The position numbers were made by a program, and so were the translations under genes. Below the pieces are notes generated by a model. The model was not told the origin of the DNA. It made no database searches and saw only the letters and a program-made list of their open reading frames with translations. This document shows positions 48,264-58,096 of a DNA stretch of 64,000 bases, piece after piece. This DNA is from Myxococcales bacterium (GTDB taxonomy: Bacteria; Myxococcota_A; UBA9160; UBA4427). The stretch is taken from assembly GCA_012960035.1 (NCBI GenBank), contig DUBZ01000058.1:34122-98121 (forward strand). The letters run 5' to 3'. The first letter of the stretch is position 1, and each line of letters opens with the position of its first letter.

Positions 48264-49106
48264 ATGATGAAACGCGTCAGAATGATCACTGGGCTCGTCG
48301 GTACAGGGTTGATTGCAACGATGGTGCCGTTGGTCTCGCATGCAGAAACCAAAAGCGGGGCAGAACTCGCCCCGGCGCTCACGGCCAGCAAAATTTACGA
48401 GCGCTACACCGATCAACAAACGCGCGCGAGTCAACAAGACCTTCGGATCATCTCTCGTGACCCGGGCGGTAGCGAACAAGTGAGTCGCTTTGAGATGCGG
48501 ATTCAAGATGAACGCGACAACAAGGGCAAGCCCAAGGGACGCATTCGCTACCGGTTGCGAATCGATGTGTCTGCGCCGTTCGATCTGCGACACACCAAGT
48601 ATCTCATTATTGGGAACGATCCCGGCCCGAACGAAGAGTTTATCTATGCCCCAAGTACCCGGCGCGTTCGGCGGGCCGACCTTTCGAGGACTTCTTTTCT
48701 TGGGACCGACTACACGTTCGGCGACTTCATGGTGCAGGACGTACACGACGCCGATCACAAGCGGCTGCCCGACGAAGTGATCGATGGACAGCCCGTCTAC
48801 GTCGTCGAGTCTATTTTGAAAGAGGGCATCAAGGCCGACTATCGGAAGACGGTGGCCTACGTGGAACCCGAACACTTTGTTCCACTCCGCACGCGTTCAT
48901 GGGACGACTATGACGTCGAAGTGAAGGAGATGACCGCCAAGGCGGCATCGATTCGCTCATTCGGAGACGTGTGGGTAAGCACCGAATCGAAGGTGCGAGA
49001 TTTACAGCGCAACACCGAATCCGTGCTCTTCGTCGAAAAGCTCAACCCCAAGCCAAAGTTTAACCGGTCGACGTTTTCGCCGGGTCGGCTGGCGCGAGGC
49101 AAGTAG
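48264..49106 (+). CDS. outer-membrane lipoprotein-sorting (LolA-like) family protein
   Basis: ATG at 48264 after GGGAG; signal peptide 'ITGLVGTGLIATMVPLVSHA'; 'YLIIGNDPGPNEEFIYAPSTRRVRR...GTDYTFGDF'. Confidence 0.8.
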   Translation: MMKRVRMITGLVGTGLIATMVPLVSHAETKSGAELAPALTASKIYERYTDQQTRASQQDLRIISRDPGGSEQVSRFEMRIQDERDNKGKPKGRIRYRLRIDVSAPFDLRHTKYLIIGNDPGPNEEFIYAPSTRRVRRADLSRTSFLGTDYTFGDFMVQDVHDADHKRLPDEVIDGQPVYVVESILKEGIKADYRKTVAYVEPEHFVPLRTRSWDDYDVEVKEMTAKAASIRSFGDVWVSTESKVRDLQRNTESVLFVEKLNPKPKFNRSTFSPGRLARGK

Positions 49107-49161
49107 TCGCGCGAAAACTGTGTCATCCGAATCGCGCGCACTGGCGTTGATCCAGACTTCG

Positions 49162-49806
49162 CTAATTCGGGATCGGACCGACTTCTCCATCGAGCAACCA
49201 GCGAATCATCGGCAGATGCTGACGCCCCTGAAACACCTGGCCGCAGGCGAGATAGGTCGGTGCGGTCACGGCGCCGACTTCGTCAAGCTCTCCGCCAACT
49301 TGGCAAAGGGCCGCAGGGCCTTCGGTACGGGCCCAAGACTTATACTCGCGAGCGTCCCCAGCAAACTCAGCAACAAGCTCAGCGGCTGCATCCACGTCAC
49401 TGACATCGAGTTCCAGCGACCAGTAGCGCCGGAACGACTTGACCAGAAGCGCCTCAAAGGCGTCGGGCTTTGTGTTCCGTACGTACAACCACGCCATATG
49501 GAGCGCGTCTGCCGAACCGTTTCGATACGGATCTTTGATTGTGAGTGATTGCGCTTCGGCATACACCGCGATCTCTCTTCCAACCATTTGAGCGCGGTTG
49601 CGCCGGTGGCGGATGCCTCGATCGTCATCATCGGCAGACGGCTTGGGTGCGCGTAGCGGTTCGGCGGCTCTGGGTAGCCAGTTGACCTCGAACCCGCACT
49701 CGTTTCCGAGCGCGAGCGCCGGCCCAAGCGCGAGAAAACAAAATGGATGCCGCACGTCGAGCGTAATCGTGAGTGTCGACTTCTCGAGCTGTGTGTCGAT
49801 ATTCAT
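49162..49806 (-). CDS. DsbA-like thioredoxin-fold protein (HCCA isomerase/GST-kappa family), copy 2
   Basis: ATG at 49806 overlaps the stop of copy 1 (ATGA). 'TITLDVRHPFCFLALGP' lies at the position of the active-site turn. Confidence 0.75.
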   Translation of the reverse strand: MNIDTQLEKSTLTITLDVRHPFCFLALGPALALGNECGFEVNWLPRAAEPLRAPKPSADDDDRGIRHRRNRAQMVGREIAVYAEAQSLTIKDPYRNGSADALHMAWLYVRNTKPDAFEALLVKSFRRYWSLELDVSDVDAAAELVAEFAGDAREYKSWARTEGPAALCQVGGELDEVGAVTAPTYLACGQVFQGRQHLPMIRWLLDGEVGPIPN

Positions 49807-50516
49807 TGAGCGAAGCTCCGGTTGGAGACCGTCGGTGCAGGACCCCGTCGGCCCGCCAACACCCAAGCCACCCGGGGCAGGTGTTCGCGACCAAACCACA
49901 TTTCGTCGTCAACGAGGTAAGTCGGGACACCGTAAACCCCGGCATCAAACGCCTGGTTGTTGATTTCGTCGTGTTGCGCGCGTCCGTCCCCCGCAAGCCA
50001 GTCGCGAAAGCCTGCGGTTTCAATGTCGGCGGCGCTGAGTGTCCGTTCAAGAACCTCGACATCGTCGATGTCGAGCTCACGCTTCCAAAACGACTCATAG
50101 GCGATGTCAACGAAGCGGTCGAAGAGGCCCCGCTGCTTGGCCCAGAGCATCGCGATCCCCGCCTGGCTCGAATCCCAGATCTTGACTGTGCCGCGCAACA
50201 TTTTGTCCGTGAGCATCGCGTAGCGGCGAGCGTCTCGATACGCGTACTTCACCCCGCTCCATTGCTGCGGCGTTCGGTTGGACGATTCGACCTTTTTACC
50301 GTCCTTCGCCAGTTGGGCAGAGCCGAGGTAGCTAGGGATATCCAAAGTAAAAGGGCGCCAATCGATCTCGACACCTGCTGCGCTCGCCATTTCGCGTGTG
50401 GGCTTGATCGCGATCCAGGCATACGGGCTCTTGAGGTCGATGTAGACGACTAGCCGAGCGTTCCCACGCAACTGAGCAAACTCCGAGGGAAAGAGGTTGG
50501 GGGAACGATCGGACAT
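49803..50516 (-). CDS. 2-hydroxychromene-2-carboxylate isomerase / DsbA-like family protein, copy 1
   Basis: ATG at 50516; 'VVYIDLKSPYAWIAIKP' (S-P-Y turn replacing CxxC); 'GVYGVPTYLVDDEMWFGREHL'. Confidence 0.8.
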   Translation of the reverse strand: MSDRSPNLFPSEFAQLRGNARLVVYIDLKSPYAWIAIKPTREMASAAGVEIDWRPFTLDIPSYLGSAQLAKDGKKVESSNRTPQQWSGVKYAYRDARRYAMLTDKMLRGTVKIWDSSQAGIAMLWAKQRGLFDRFVDIAYESFWKRELDIDDVEVLERTLSAADIETAGFRDWLAGDGRAQHDEINNQAFDAGVYGVPTYLVDDEMWFGREHLPRVAWVLAGRRGPAPTVSNRSFAQ

Positions 50517-50726
50517 GAAAGACCTCGCAGGATGGGCCGGAAACCTAGGCTTGAATGGACCGAACTGTTTGCGGCGTCGCAGGTTACCAAATGCATACCT
50601 CCTCGCGAACGCAAGCGGAGCGTGAGTTTCATACAGCAAGGTGAATGATGCTCGTGCGTTCGGAGCGGCTTTGTCGTCGCCGTCCTTAACAACCATAACA
50701 ACCATGTAGTACCCGGGAGACTCAGA

Positions 50727-50963
50727 TTGTTTGTTCTTCTACGCCTCACAACGTACTCGTCGATTTTAATCTTTTTGCTTTTACAGCCGCTTGCGGCTTC
50801 GGCAAACGACGAGGGCGCACAGGTGAACCTCGACACGTCGAAGGTTCGCGCCGGTGGAACTCCGGTGGGCGACTTGATTCGCGTTCCGATCCCCCGGACG
50901 CAGATTACGGAGAACGTTTTCCATGCGTCGGGTCTTTCGAATGCGTCCCTGATCAACGGATGA
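50727..50963 (+). CDS. small signal-peptide ORF, possibly the N-terminal stump of an MBL-fold hydrolase
   Basis: TTG start with a GGGAGA RBS; 'SSILIFLLLQPLAASA' signal. It ends '...ITENVFHASGLSNASLING*', which resembles the first strands preceding the metallo-beta-lactamase HxHxDH block. That block is absent. Confidence 0.35.
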   Translation: MFVLLRLTTYSSILIFLLLQPLAASANDEGAQVNLDTSKVRAGGTPVGDLIRVPIPRTQITENVFHASGLSNASLING

Positions 50964-50994
50964 TCTGCATTTCGACCGTGTGCTGCATTCCCCG

Positions 50995-51360
50995 TTAGGA
51001 CAGCTTGGCAACCGCGGCGGGGTCTAGATATTCCTCGATTCGCTCGATGAGCCCGTCGCGTACGCGAACCAGGACGCAAGCGTGCATGCGCATGGTTTCG
51101 CCCTGCATGTTTTCGATCGTGAGGATGTGTTGTTGCAAGTAGCCGCCGGGAATCTCTTCGAGGCGCGTGATTTCGTAGGCCCGGCTTTGGCTCTTCCGAG
51201 TCATCCATGCGAGCAGCGCCATGTTTTCGCCGACGGTTTGCTCTACGTCGTCAAAGTTATGCCAGATCTTCGCGTCCGGTTGAAGACAGGCGCGGGCTTT
51301 GTCAACGTCGCCTTCTTCGAGCACAGTCATGAAATGTCGCGCGAGTTCGAACGTTTCCAT
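50995..51360 (-). CDS. NTF2-like/SnoaL-like domain protein
   Basis: 121 aa; 'FMTVLEEGDVDKARACLQPDAKIWHNF' is typical of the SnoaL_2 pattern. Confidence 0.75.
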   Translation of the reverse strand: METFELARHFMTVLEEGDVDKARACLQPDAKIWHNFDDVEQTVGENMALLAWMTRKSQSRAYEITRLEEIPGGYLQQHILTIENMQGETMRMHACVLVRVRDGLIERIEEYLDPAAVAKLS

Positions 51361-51469
51361 GGTATGAATCCTCTCGGGGCTAGTTGGCTGAATGGGGTCG
51401 CGCGGGCCGCGGCTTCGTTTCGTGCATTTGCGCGACTAGTTCAATGCCATGACTCGTTCAATGCCACGA

Positions 51470-51985
51470 CTAGTACAGTGCGATGACGCGAAACGCCCGC
51501 TCACCACGCGGTGTGCGAAATACGCCGTCATCGTCAGTGTGAAGGCCCATCAAGGCGCGGCCCATTGGTGAGCTTGGGGTGATGGTTCGAACGACAAAGT
51601 TGGCATTTGTAACTTGCATGCCGCCCGCCATCGGAACGATCCACCAAAGTTGATCGACTGGGCTCGACTCTTCTTGGATGTGTACCACTGCGGTGATTTC
51701 AATGGTGTCGCTCGGCTCAAACTTGCGAAGTGGGAGCTGCGCAAGACGCGCTTCGGCCAAGCGCAGTTCTTCGACTCGCTCTGCAAGGCCGCGAGCCAGG
51801 TAGCTTTGCTCCGTCGCTCGAGTGTCTTTGGCGTGTTCTGCGCGGTTCTCGCTATGGGTTGCGCCTTCACTCGCGTCTTTCTGCGTGCGTGTCAGTGTCA
51901 CGAGGTCTTCGCGAATACCTTCGAGTAAGTCGGTGCGCAATGCTTCTTTGTCGGGGTAGTGCTGAGTTCGCGCGTCACTAGGCAT
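51470..51985 (-). CDS. GreA/GreB-family C-terminal-domain protein
   Basis: ATG at 51985. N-terminal charged coiled coil, then 'SPMGRALMGLHTDDDGVFRTPRGERAFRVIALY', which resembles the Gre C-terminal domain. 8-nt overlap with the upstream acyltransferase. Confidence 0.6.
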   Translation of the reverse strand: MPSDARTQHYPDKEALRTDLLEGIREDLVTLTRTQKDASEGATHSENRAEHAKDTRATEQSYLARGLAERVEELRLAEARLAQLPLRKFEPSDTIEITAVVHIQEESSPVDQLWWIVPMAGGMQVTNANFVVRTITPSSPMGRALMGLHTDDDGVFRTPRGERAFRVIALY

Positions 51986-53129
51986 CTCGGTTGCCCGATG
52001 CCGTGTCCTGGCTCTGGATGCGAGATAGTCGTTCTTCAGATTGCGAATAGCGGGCGATCCAAGAACAGACCCTGTTCCCAGCCTCGATCGAAGGAAGTTC
52101 CACGAAGCGGTACATCGCTGCCGCAGCAATCGTTGAAGTCGCGACAACGACAAGAATGAAAAAAATCATTTCGAAGTCCGTAAGGGGCCTGGCAACCATC
52201 CGGACAGCTAGAAGGAGGACCGTGAAATGCAGCAAGTAGAGGCTGTATGAAACACGTCCCAAGAAAGCGATGGGTCGCCATTCGAGGAAGCTTCGAACCG
52301 ACGTCAAATGAACGGCCGCAATCGTGAACGCGGCCGACGAAATGGCCAGGGCGAACAGCGGCGTCGAGAGTAGGGTTGAAATGCCTGGCCAAAAGAAAAT
52401 GTTCCATTGCACCGGAATGAAATTCATTCCGACCAAGGTTGCATAGGCGGCCACCAATGCCAGAACGAGGGGCGCCACGCGCGGTGCGCGCTTCATTACG
52501 ACAGCAATTCGCCCGGATGCTTCGTACACCAAAATGCCAACGACGAAGTGGATGGCATAGACCTGCCCGGTATAGGCCGGCTCCCTCTGGAACAGCGCCC
52601 AGAGCGAAAGCCCCAACGCGAGTGACCAATGTCCTTCCCGTGCAAGCAAGACAAAAAGAGGAAGCAGAATCGAAAAGACCATCTCGACTTCAAGGGTCCA
52701 ACCGACCGGCATGAAGTCTTGCGCGGTTCCCGGAAAGAACATGTGCTGAACGAGTTCGCCGGCTGGCATCGAAAGATGGGTGAAATTCAAAATCCAAGGC
52801 GAGAGTCCAGCGCAACACGGGCCCGACCAGGCAATGTGCGACGCAGTCCAAGCGATAAGAAGCGCCACAACGAACGGAGGGTGAATGCGAAAGATCCTGC
52901 GGACATAGAACTGCGCGCGGTCACTCAAACGATCTCCGCGCAGTGCGGATGCCGTGAGGCAGTAGCCACTCAATACAAAGAAGAGGATGACGGACGGGCC
53001 CGCGATTCCAGGTGGCGATCGCAGTGCACCGATCGTATGGCCGATGACGACCACGATTGCAGCAATACCGCGCAGTCCATCAAGCGACGAAATACGGGCT
53101 GTGTGAGAGCTGTTGTCGGGCGACGTCAT
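51978..53129 (-). CDS. acyltransferase-3 family membrane protein
   Basis: ATG at 53129; 'ISSLDGLRGIAAIVVVIGH'; about 10 TM helices. Confidence 0.85.
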   Translation of the reverse strand: MTSPDNSSHTARISSLDGLRGIAAIVVVIGHTIGALRSPPGIAGPSVILFFVLSGYCLTASALRGDRLSDRAQFYVRRIFRIHPPFVVALLIAWTASHIAWSGPCCAGLSPWILNFTHLSMPAGELVQHMFFPGTAQDFMPVGWTLEVEMVFSILLPLFVLLAREGHWSLALGLSLWALFQREPAYTGQVYAIHFVVGILVYEASGRIAVVMKRAPRVAPLVLALVAAYATLVGMNFIPVQWNIFFWPGISTLLSTPLFALAISSAAFTIAAVHLTSVRSFLEWRPIAFLGRVSYSLYLLHFTVLLLAVRMVARPLTDFEMIFFILVVVATSTIAAAAMYRFVELPSIEAGNRVCSWIARYSQSEERLSRIQSQDTASGNRDA

Positions 53130-53342
53130 CGGCTTCGACAATAGCTGAGACTCACGCGAATTCGCGGGTGCGTGCCTTACATGCCTACTGCGGTCCGAGT
53201 TTGATCGCCAATGGCGACACCGGAAGAGCAGGTCCTGCATGTCGACTTCACAGACCGGGCCCCGCCATTGTCCCAACTCTCCGATACCGCGACGCAGTCA
53301 AGGTGATCGAATGCTTGTGCGATGGCTTCAATAGGATCCGCG

Positions 53343-55157
53343 TCATTTTTTTATCTGATCGATGCGGTCTCGCATTGTGGGGATATTTAGGTTGCACACA
53401 AGAGCGTCGTCGAGGACCCCGAATGCTTGGAACGGGAGTCGGCCGATCGAGAGACGCAAGAAGCCGGTCCACGGAAAGTCAATGTCCGGCAAGGGTGTTC
53501 CGGCTAGCTCGGTACCGTGCGGTGCGCTTACACCGAGGCCCCGAACGATGAAATCAGCATCGGTAACTAGAATCCAGTCGAGGGGTTTGTTCTGCTCTAT
53601 GTCGACAGCCCAACCCGAAAGACGCTTTAGCGGAATTCGCTGAGCCGCCTTCAGGTTCGTCCAGGTTATTTCGCCTTTGCAACGTTCGTCGTTCGCCAAC
53701 ACGAAATTTTCGCCCACTACGCTCCCGGCTAGAAAGTGGTCTGCATTGCTAAACAAATTACGTTTGTCTCGGCGAAGATGTCGGATGATACGCTGGGTAC
53801 GTTCAGGATCGGGTTTCCACGTATCGTTTGTCAGATGGTTCCACCGAAGTCCAAGTATGTGCATCGCACTTATGTACCTGTGTTTCGAGCGTATGGCGTC
53901 CTGTTGTCGATGCGAAGTACGAAGGTCGGGCACTAGAAACAGCGAGAGGACGACGACCCCAGCGATCGCGAGCAGCGATGACCACTTTGCCTGGGCTCTC
54001 GAGCTGACGATCCCAAAAGTGGACGTAAGAGAAAGCCCGAGGCCCATCCAGAACATCGTGGCGAATGTTGAGTAGCGGATCGGTATGGCGGGAAAGTTTG
54101 GGTATCCGAGTCGGTTAAGGGCAACGAGCCAGCCCGCGGCGAATGCAACCGCTGACAAACCGAATGCAAACGTTTGGGTCGTCGATAGGGAGCGACGGCG
54201 AATCATCACATACGAAGTCAATGTGAAGTACGAAGCGAGTCCCACGGCACCGGTAGCCAGTGCCAGCGTATTTTGCGCGGAGTCGGCTGTGCGCTCTTGG
54301 AACGCTGTAGCTGGGGCTCCGATGAAAGTGACAGCAAACTCCAGAAGCCGGCCAAAGGAGGACAGCAGCTTCGTCAGGTACTTGCTCTCGGCGCTGTTGA
54401 TCTGCTCGGGAAATAATCCATATGTATAGGCTTGAAGCGTGAGCCATGCGCCCAACCCGAGAACTACGAGTGCGCGGATAGGAAGTCGAACAAACGCGCT
54501 CGTGGCGAGTAGTCCGATCCAGCAGGCGAAGCCAATACCCTGGCTGAAAGTAGCGGCGCTGGCGCAGCCCGCGGCGGCGAAGACGAGTTTCCATGGCGTG
54601 GTTTCGCCTTGCTGTGTTTTCTGACCCACGGCACTCAAGCTCGCCATGCTTAGGAACGTCCACATCGCAGCCATCAGGGTGCATTGATTCAGGCCCCAGA
54701 CCAGGTCGTGCCGAGACGCCGCCCAGCAGAAAAGAAAGCAAGCAAAGCCATAGCCGGCTCGTGCAAGCGGCGTGTGTGCTCGGTCCGCAATCCAATAACT
54801 TGTGGCAAGAACCATGACGCCTATGCCCGTGCAGACGACTGAGCCCAAGACCAATAAGTTCATGTGGCCACCCAAGTGGGTGTAATCGAGGTGAAGAAGG
54901 AAAAGTGTGAAGGGAACCCGATGACCGAGTTGGCTACCGACGAGGAATTCCAGCAGCGGAATTGAGAAGAAGTTGTCGAGAATCCGCCAGTCGTCGTGGT
55001 GGGGAAACGTGTAGTGCGCGTCCATCGCCAACCACATCACGTAAAGCGCGAAGAGCGCGACTAATCCGCAATAAAATTTCGAAATTCCGTCACTGCAACG
55101 TTCGACTCCTGAACGTGTTGGCGAAATTGAGGTCGTTGTGGCCGGCTCTTCTGACAT
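53343..55157 (-). CDS. large polytopic membrane protein with a C-terminal soluble domain (GT-C-like candidate)
   Basis: ATG at 55157; 'YTFPHHDDWRILDNFF' immediately after TM1; at least 10 TM helices; about 190-aa C-terminal non-membrane domain; family not recognised. Confidence 0.65.
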   Translation of the reverse strand: MSEEPATTTSISPTRSGVERCSDGISKFYCGLVALFALYVMWLAMDAHYTFPHHDDWRILDNFFSIPLLEFLVGSQLGHRVPFTLFLLHLDYTHLGGHMNLLVLGSVVCTGIGVMVLATSYWIADRAHTPLARAGYGFACFLFCWAASRHDLVWGLNQCTLMAAMWTFLSMASLSAVGQKTQQGETTPWKLVFAAAGCASAATFSQGIGFACWIGLLATSAFVRLPIRALVVLGLGAWLTLQAYTYGLFPEQINSAESKYLTKLLSSFGRLLEFAVTFIGAPATAFQERTADSAQNTLALATGAVGLASYFTLTSYVMIRRRSLSTTQTFAFGLSAVAFAAGWLVALNRLGYPNFPAIPIRYSTFATMFWMGLGLSLTSTFGIVSSRAQAKWSSLLAIAGVVVLSLFLVPDLRTSHRQQDAIRSKHRYISAMHILGLRWNHLTNDTWKPDPERTQRIIRHLRRDKRNLFSNADHFLAGSVVGENFVLANDERCKGEITWTNLKAAQRIPLKRLSGWAVDIEQNKPLDWILVTDADFIVRGLGVSAPHGTELAGTPLPDIDFPWTGFLRLSIGRLPFQAFGVLDDALVCNLNIPTMRDRIDQIKK

Positions 55158-55273
55158 TTCTTCAAGTATAGATTGACTGGCTTCGCAATCGAGGTTTATC
55201 GAAATTTGGTGTTGCGGGCGTAATTTGCGCGATACTTCGGGCTTCCCCCAAGTTCGGTTCACACGGAGACTCC

Positions 55274-56281
55274 ATGACAACCAATACGCAGATCCTGCTA
55301 GCGGAAACGCCCCGCGAAAAATTGGAATCGTCGCACTTCCAAATTAAGAAAGGCAGTGTCCCGACGCCTGAGGATGGGCAAGTACTCGTCCGAAGTGTGC
55401 TGCTTTCACTTGACGCTGCCAATCGAGCTTGGATGCAAGGAGCGACTTACAAGTCGGCAGTCGAAGCCGGTCAGATTATGCACGGTTATGCGATCGGAGA
55501 AGTTGTTGAATCGAAAAGTCGGACGTATTCCGTCGGAGATGTGGTGGCGGGAGAATTCGGCTGGCAGGAATACGCCTCGATCAACGCAAAGGCAGTACGA
55601 CCTGTCGGCGATCACCGTCCATTGACCCATCACCACTCCGTACTCGGGATCGCCGGCCTTACCGCACACCATGGATTGCTTGAAGTCGTGGGGATCAACG
55701 AAGGTGAGACGCTGCTCGTGTCTGCAGCCGGAGGTTCCGTTGGTTCATTGGTGGGGCAGATTGGAAAGATCAAAGGCGCGCGGGTCGTTGGCGTCGCGGG
55801 CGGGCCGGACAAGTGTCATTGGGTGGTAGACGAACTCGGGTTTGATGCGTGCATCGACTACAAAGAGGGTTCGCTCTCCAAAGCGCTTCGTCAGCATTGT
55901 CCAAATGGCGTCGATGTGTACTTCGATAATGTCGGCGGCGATATTCTGCAAGCCGCACTGTTCGCGATGAAGATGCATGGACGCATCTCATGTTGCGGGG
56001 CGGTGTCGCAGTACGACGCCGCAACACCCAAGGGACCGCGGGGCGTTCCCGGCTTGCTCGTTACGAAACGCCTCACGATGCGGGGGTTCATCGCAATGGA
56101 CTTCCCGGCTCTTGATGCGGAGGCGCTTACGGATCTCGGGGACTGGGCGGCATCTGGGAAACTCAAAGTCGTTGAAGACGTGCTCGAAGGACTCGAAAGT
56201 GCACCGCAAGGCTTGATCGGGTTGTTGGCCGGAGAAAATCGCGGCAAGCGTATGGTGCGAGTAGGACCCGACCCTGCGTAG
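55274..56281 (+). CDS. NADP-dependent MDR-family oxidoreductase (alkenal/enone reductase-like)
   Basis: GGAGA RBS; 'VSAAGGSVGSLVGQIGKIKGARVVGVAG'. Confidence 0.9.
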   Translation: MTTNTQILLAETPREKLESSHFQIKKGSVPTPEDGQVLVRSVLLSLDAANRAWMQGATYKSAVEAGQIMHGYAIGEVVESKSRTYSVGDVVAGEFGWQEYASINAKAVRPVGDHRPLTHHHSVLGIAGLTAHHGLLEVVGINEGETLLVSAAGGSVGSLVGQIGKIKGARVVGVAGGPDKCHWVVDELGFDACIDYKEGSLSKALRQHCPNGVDVYFDNVGGDILQAALFAMKMHGRISCCGAVSQYDAATPKGPRGVPGLLVTKRLTMRGFIAMDFPALDAEALTDLGDWAASGKLKVVEDVLEGLESAPQGLIGLLAGENRGKRMVRVGPDPA

Positions 56282-56421
56282 CGATGCGAACGTGTTCGGT
56301 GCCGATATGCGACGCGGCGGCGTTTCATTGTGCGCCAGGTGAAACTAAAACTGGAGCGGGAGAACCGACTGAGAATGTAACGTTAAGCAGGGGCTAGTAG
56401 ATCCAAATGCGACAAAACGTG

Positions 56422-57834
56422 TCACGCGCCAAGCCGCTTCGCCGCGTAGTCTTCAATGACGGTGCCTTCAAAAAAGTGCGGGTTTGCTTCGCCGTACATC
56501 CGCACGGCATTGTCGCACATGAAGCCGCGGAACTGATCGCGGTTCATCCAACCATGCTCGATGTGCTCGTACGCTTCCGGGAGGACTTCGTGCATGTGCG
56601 CGACGTCCCAGTGTCCGATGTCGGATGAAAAAATGGGCAGCATCGGATCGTCTCCGGGAATGCGTTTCGTGTCGTACGCGAGGCCTGCTAAAGGGTCGTC
56701 CGCCTCGCATCCAAAACAACACTGCTGTGTGACCTGACGGCAAATGTCTTCTTTGCTCCCGATCCCTGCGAGTTCGAAGTCGTTTACAACGTCGGCGGTG
56801 TCGGTGATGCGGCCGAGCATCGTTCCCCAACCGGGTACCGGTGAAAGTGGACCAGCATTTTCGGCGATCAATTGATCGTAGAGCTCACCGTCGAGCCCCT
56901 TCGGGTCCAGATCTTTTAGTCCCTCGGGCCCTCGCTTGTGCCAGTGCTCGACAAAGCCGACAAGCATCTGTACCGCCCAAGTGACACCGCCCTCCAAGAA
57001 CGCAGTGCGAAGCTCTGGAAAGCGATTGAGGACGCCGCCGAAGAACATGCTCTTCGCAGTCGCTTCGTTGGCACCCGCAAAGTTCCCCATGTGGTTATAC
57101 GAAAAGTTGGTTGTCGAGCGACGCCCACTCCACCCCATCGATCCAGAATGAAACGATGCGAGGAGCCCTTTGTCGACGAGACGTTGCCACAGCGGGTCAT
57201 AGTCGTGGATCGAGTCGAGGCCGAGGCCATCGATCCAAAATGCGTTTTCGTTGCCGTCTTCGAAGCGTCGGGCCGCAAAGCTCCCGAGTACGACCGCGCG
57301 CAATCCAAGTTCTTCGGTTGCAAAGTCGATTTCGTCGATAGCTTCATTTGGGTCATTGGTGGGGATGACCGCGACGGGGATCAAGCGATCGCCCAAGCCT
57401 TCGAACTGATCGTGCACGTACCGGTTGTACGCGCGGGCCGCTTTACGGCGGAGGGTTTCATCACGTTGTGCCGAAAAATTCAAGCCGATGCTCGGGTAGC
57501 AGATCGCAAGATCAATCCCGAGTTCGTCGAGGCGGCTGTGAAGCAGGGCGGGGGCTGACGCACTTGCCAGGTCGCGAGCGTCGTTCGGAAAACCCCACCA
57601 TGGGCTTCGGAACGCCCGCTTGCGTTCGCGGTCTTCAGGCGACATGCGCTGCCACGGCGGCGAACCATCGAAGTTCGCGGATTGCATGAAGGCCGCGATC
57701 CCTGCATCGATGCCCTCCGCCTTCATGTAGCGATCGAGCTCGGGCCAGTATTCAACGATGTGTCCGTCGGCGTCGACGACGGGATGGTCGAGGGAACCAC
57801 GGATCTCAGAAGCAGTCTGTTCGGGTGTGCTCAT
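56422..57834 (-). CDS. amidohydrolase-2 family protein
   Basis: 'HPVVDADGHIVEYWPEL' N-terminus; 470 aa; TIM-barrel metal-hydrolase pattern. Confidence 0.85.
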   Translation of the reverse strand: MSTPEQTASEIRGSLDHPVVDADGHIVEYWPELDRYMKAEGIDAGIAAFMQSANFDGSPPWQRMSPEDRERKRAFRSPWWGFPNDARDLASASAPALLHSRLDELGIDLAICYPSIGLNFSAQRDETLRRKAARAYNRYVHDQFEGLGDRLIPVAVIPTNDPNEAIDEIDFATEELGLRAVVLGSFAARRFEDGNENAFWIDGLGLDSIHDYDPLWQRLVDKGLLASFHSGSMGWSGRRSTTNFSYNHMGNFAGANEATAKSMFFGGVLNRFPELRTAFLEGGVTWAVQMLVGFVEHWHKRGPEGLKDLDPKGLDGELYDQLIAENAGPLSPVPGWGTMLGRITDTADVVNDFELAGIGSKEDICRQVTQQCCFGCEADDPLAGLAYDTKRIPGDDPMLPIFSSDIGHWDVAHMHEVLPEAYEHIEHGWMNRDQFRGFMCDNAVRMYGEANPHFFEGTVIEDYAAKRLGA

Positions 57835-58096
57835 GTCTAGATCTTAACCCGAGAGTGACGTGGAGTGAGTCGTATTTCGGTGGTTTGGAAAGGGCGATGG
57901 GGTGTCGATCCAGTTTGACGATGCGAAAGATGACGTTCGCGCAGCTGTTGATCCGAGCGCTGAGACGTTGGACCCGTGAGGCCGTTCGGCGTTCGGCACG
58001 CTTCTATATACGGGCACGACTGGGCCCGATGGCGCTCTTTCCCGTCGCTCAATGGAGCTCATGGCAATGGAGGTCTGGCCCAGGGGGGGCGGTGTC

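Noticed and set aside
57835-58096. Intergenic region between the amidohydrolase and CmcI genes (track ORFs 57825-58100, 57837-58052 and 57844-58062)
   Set aside because: The translations are compositionally random with no start or RBS context. No repeat or conserved-looking structure was recognised.
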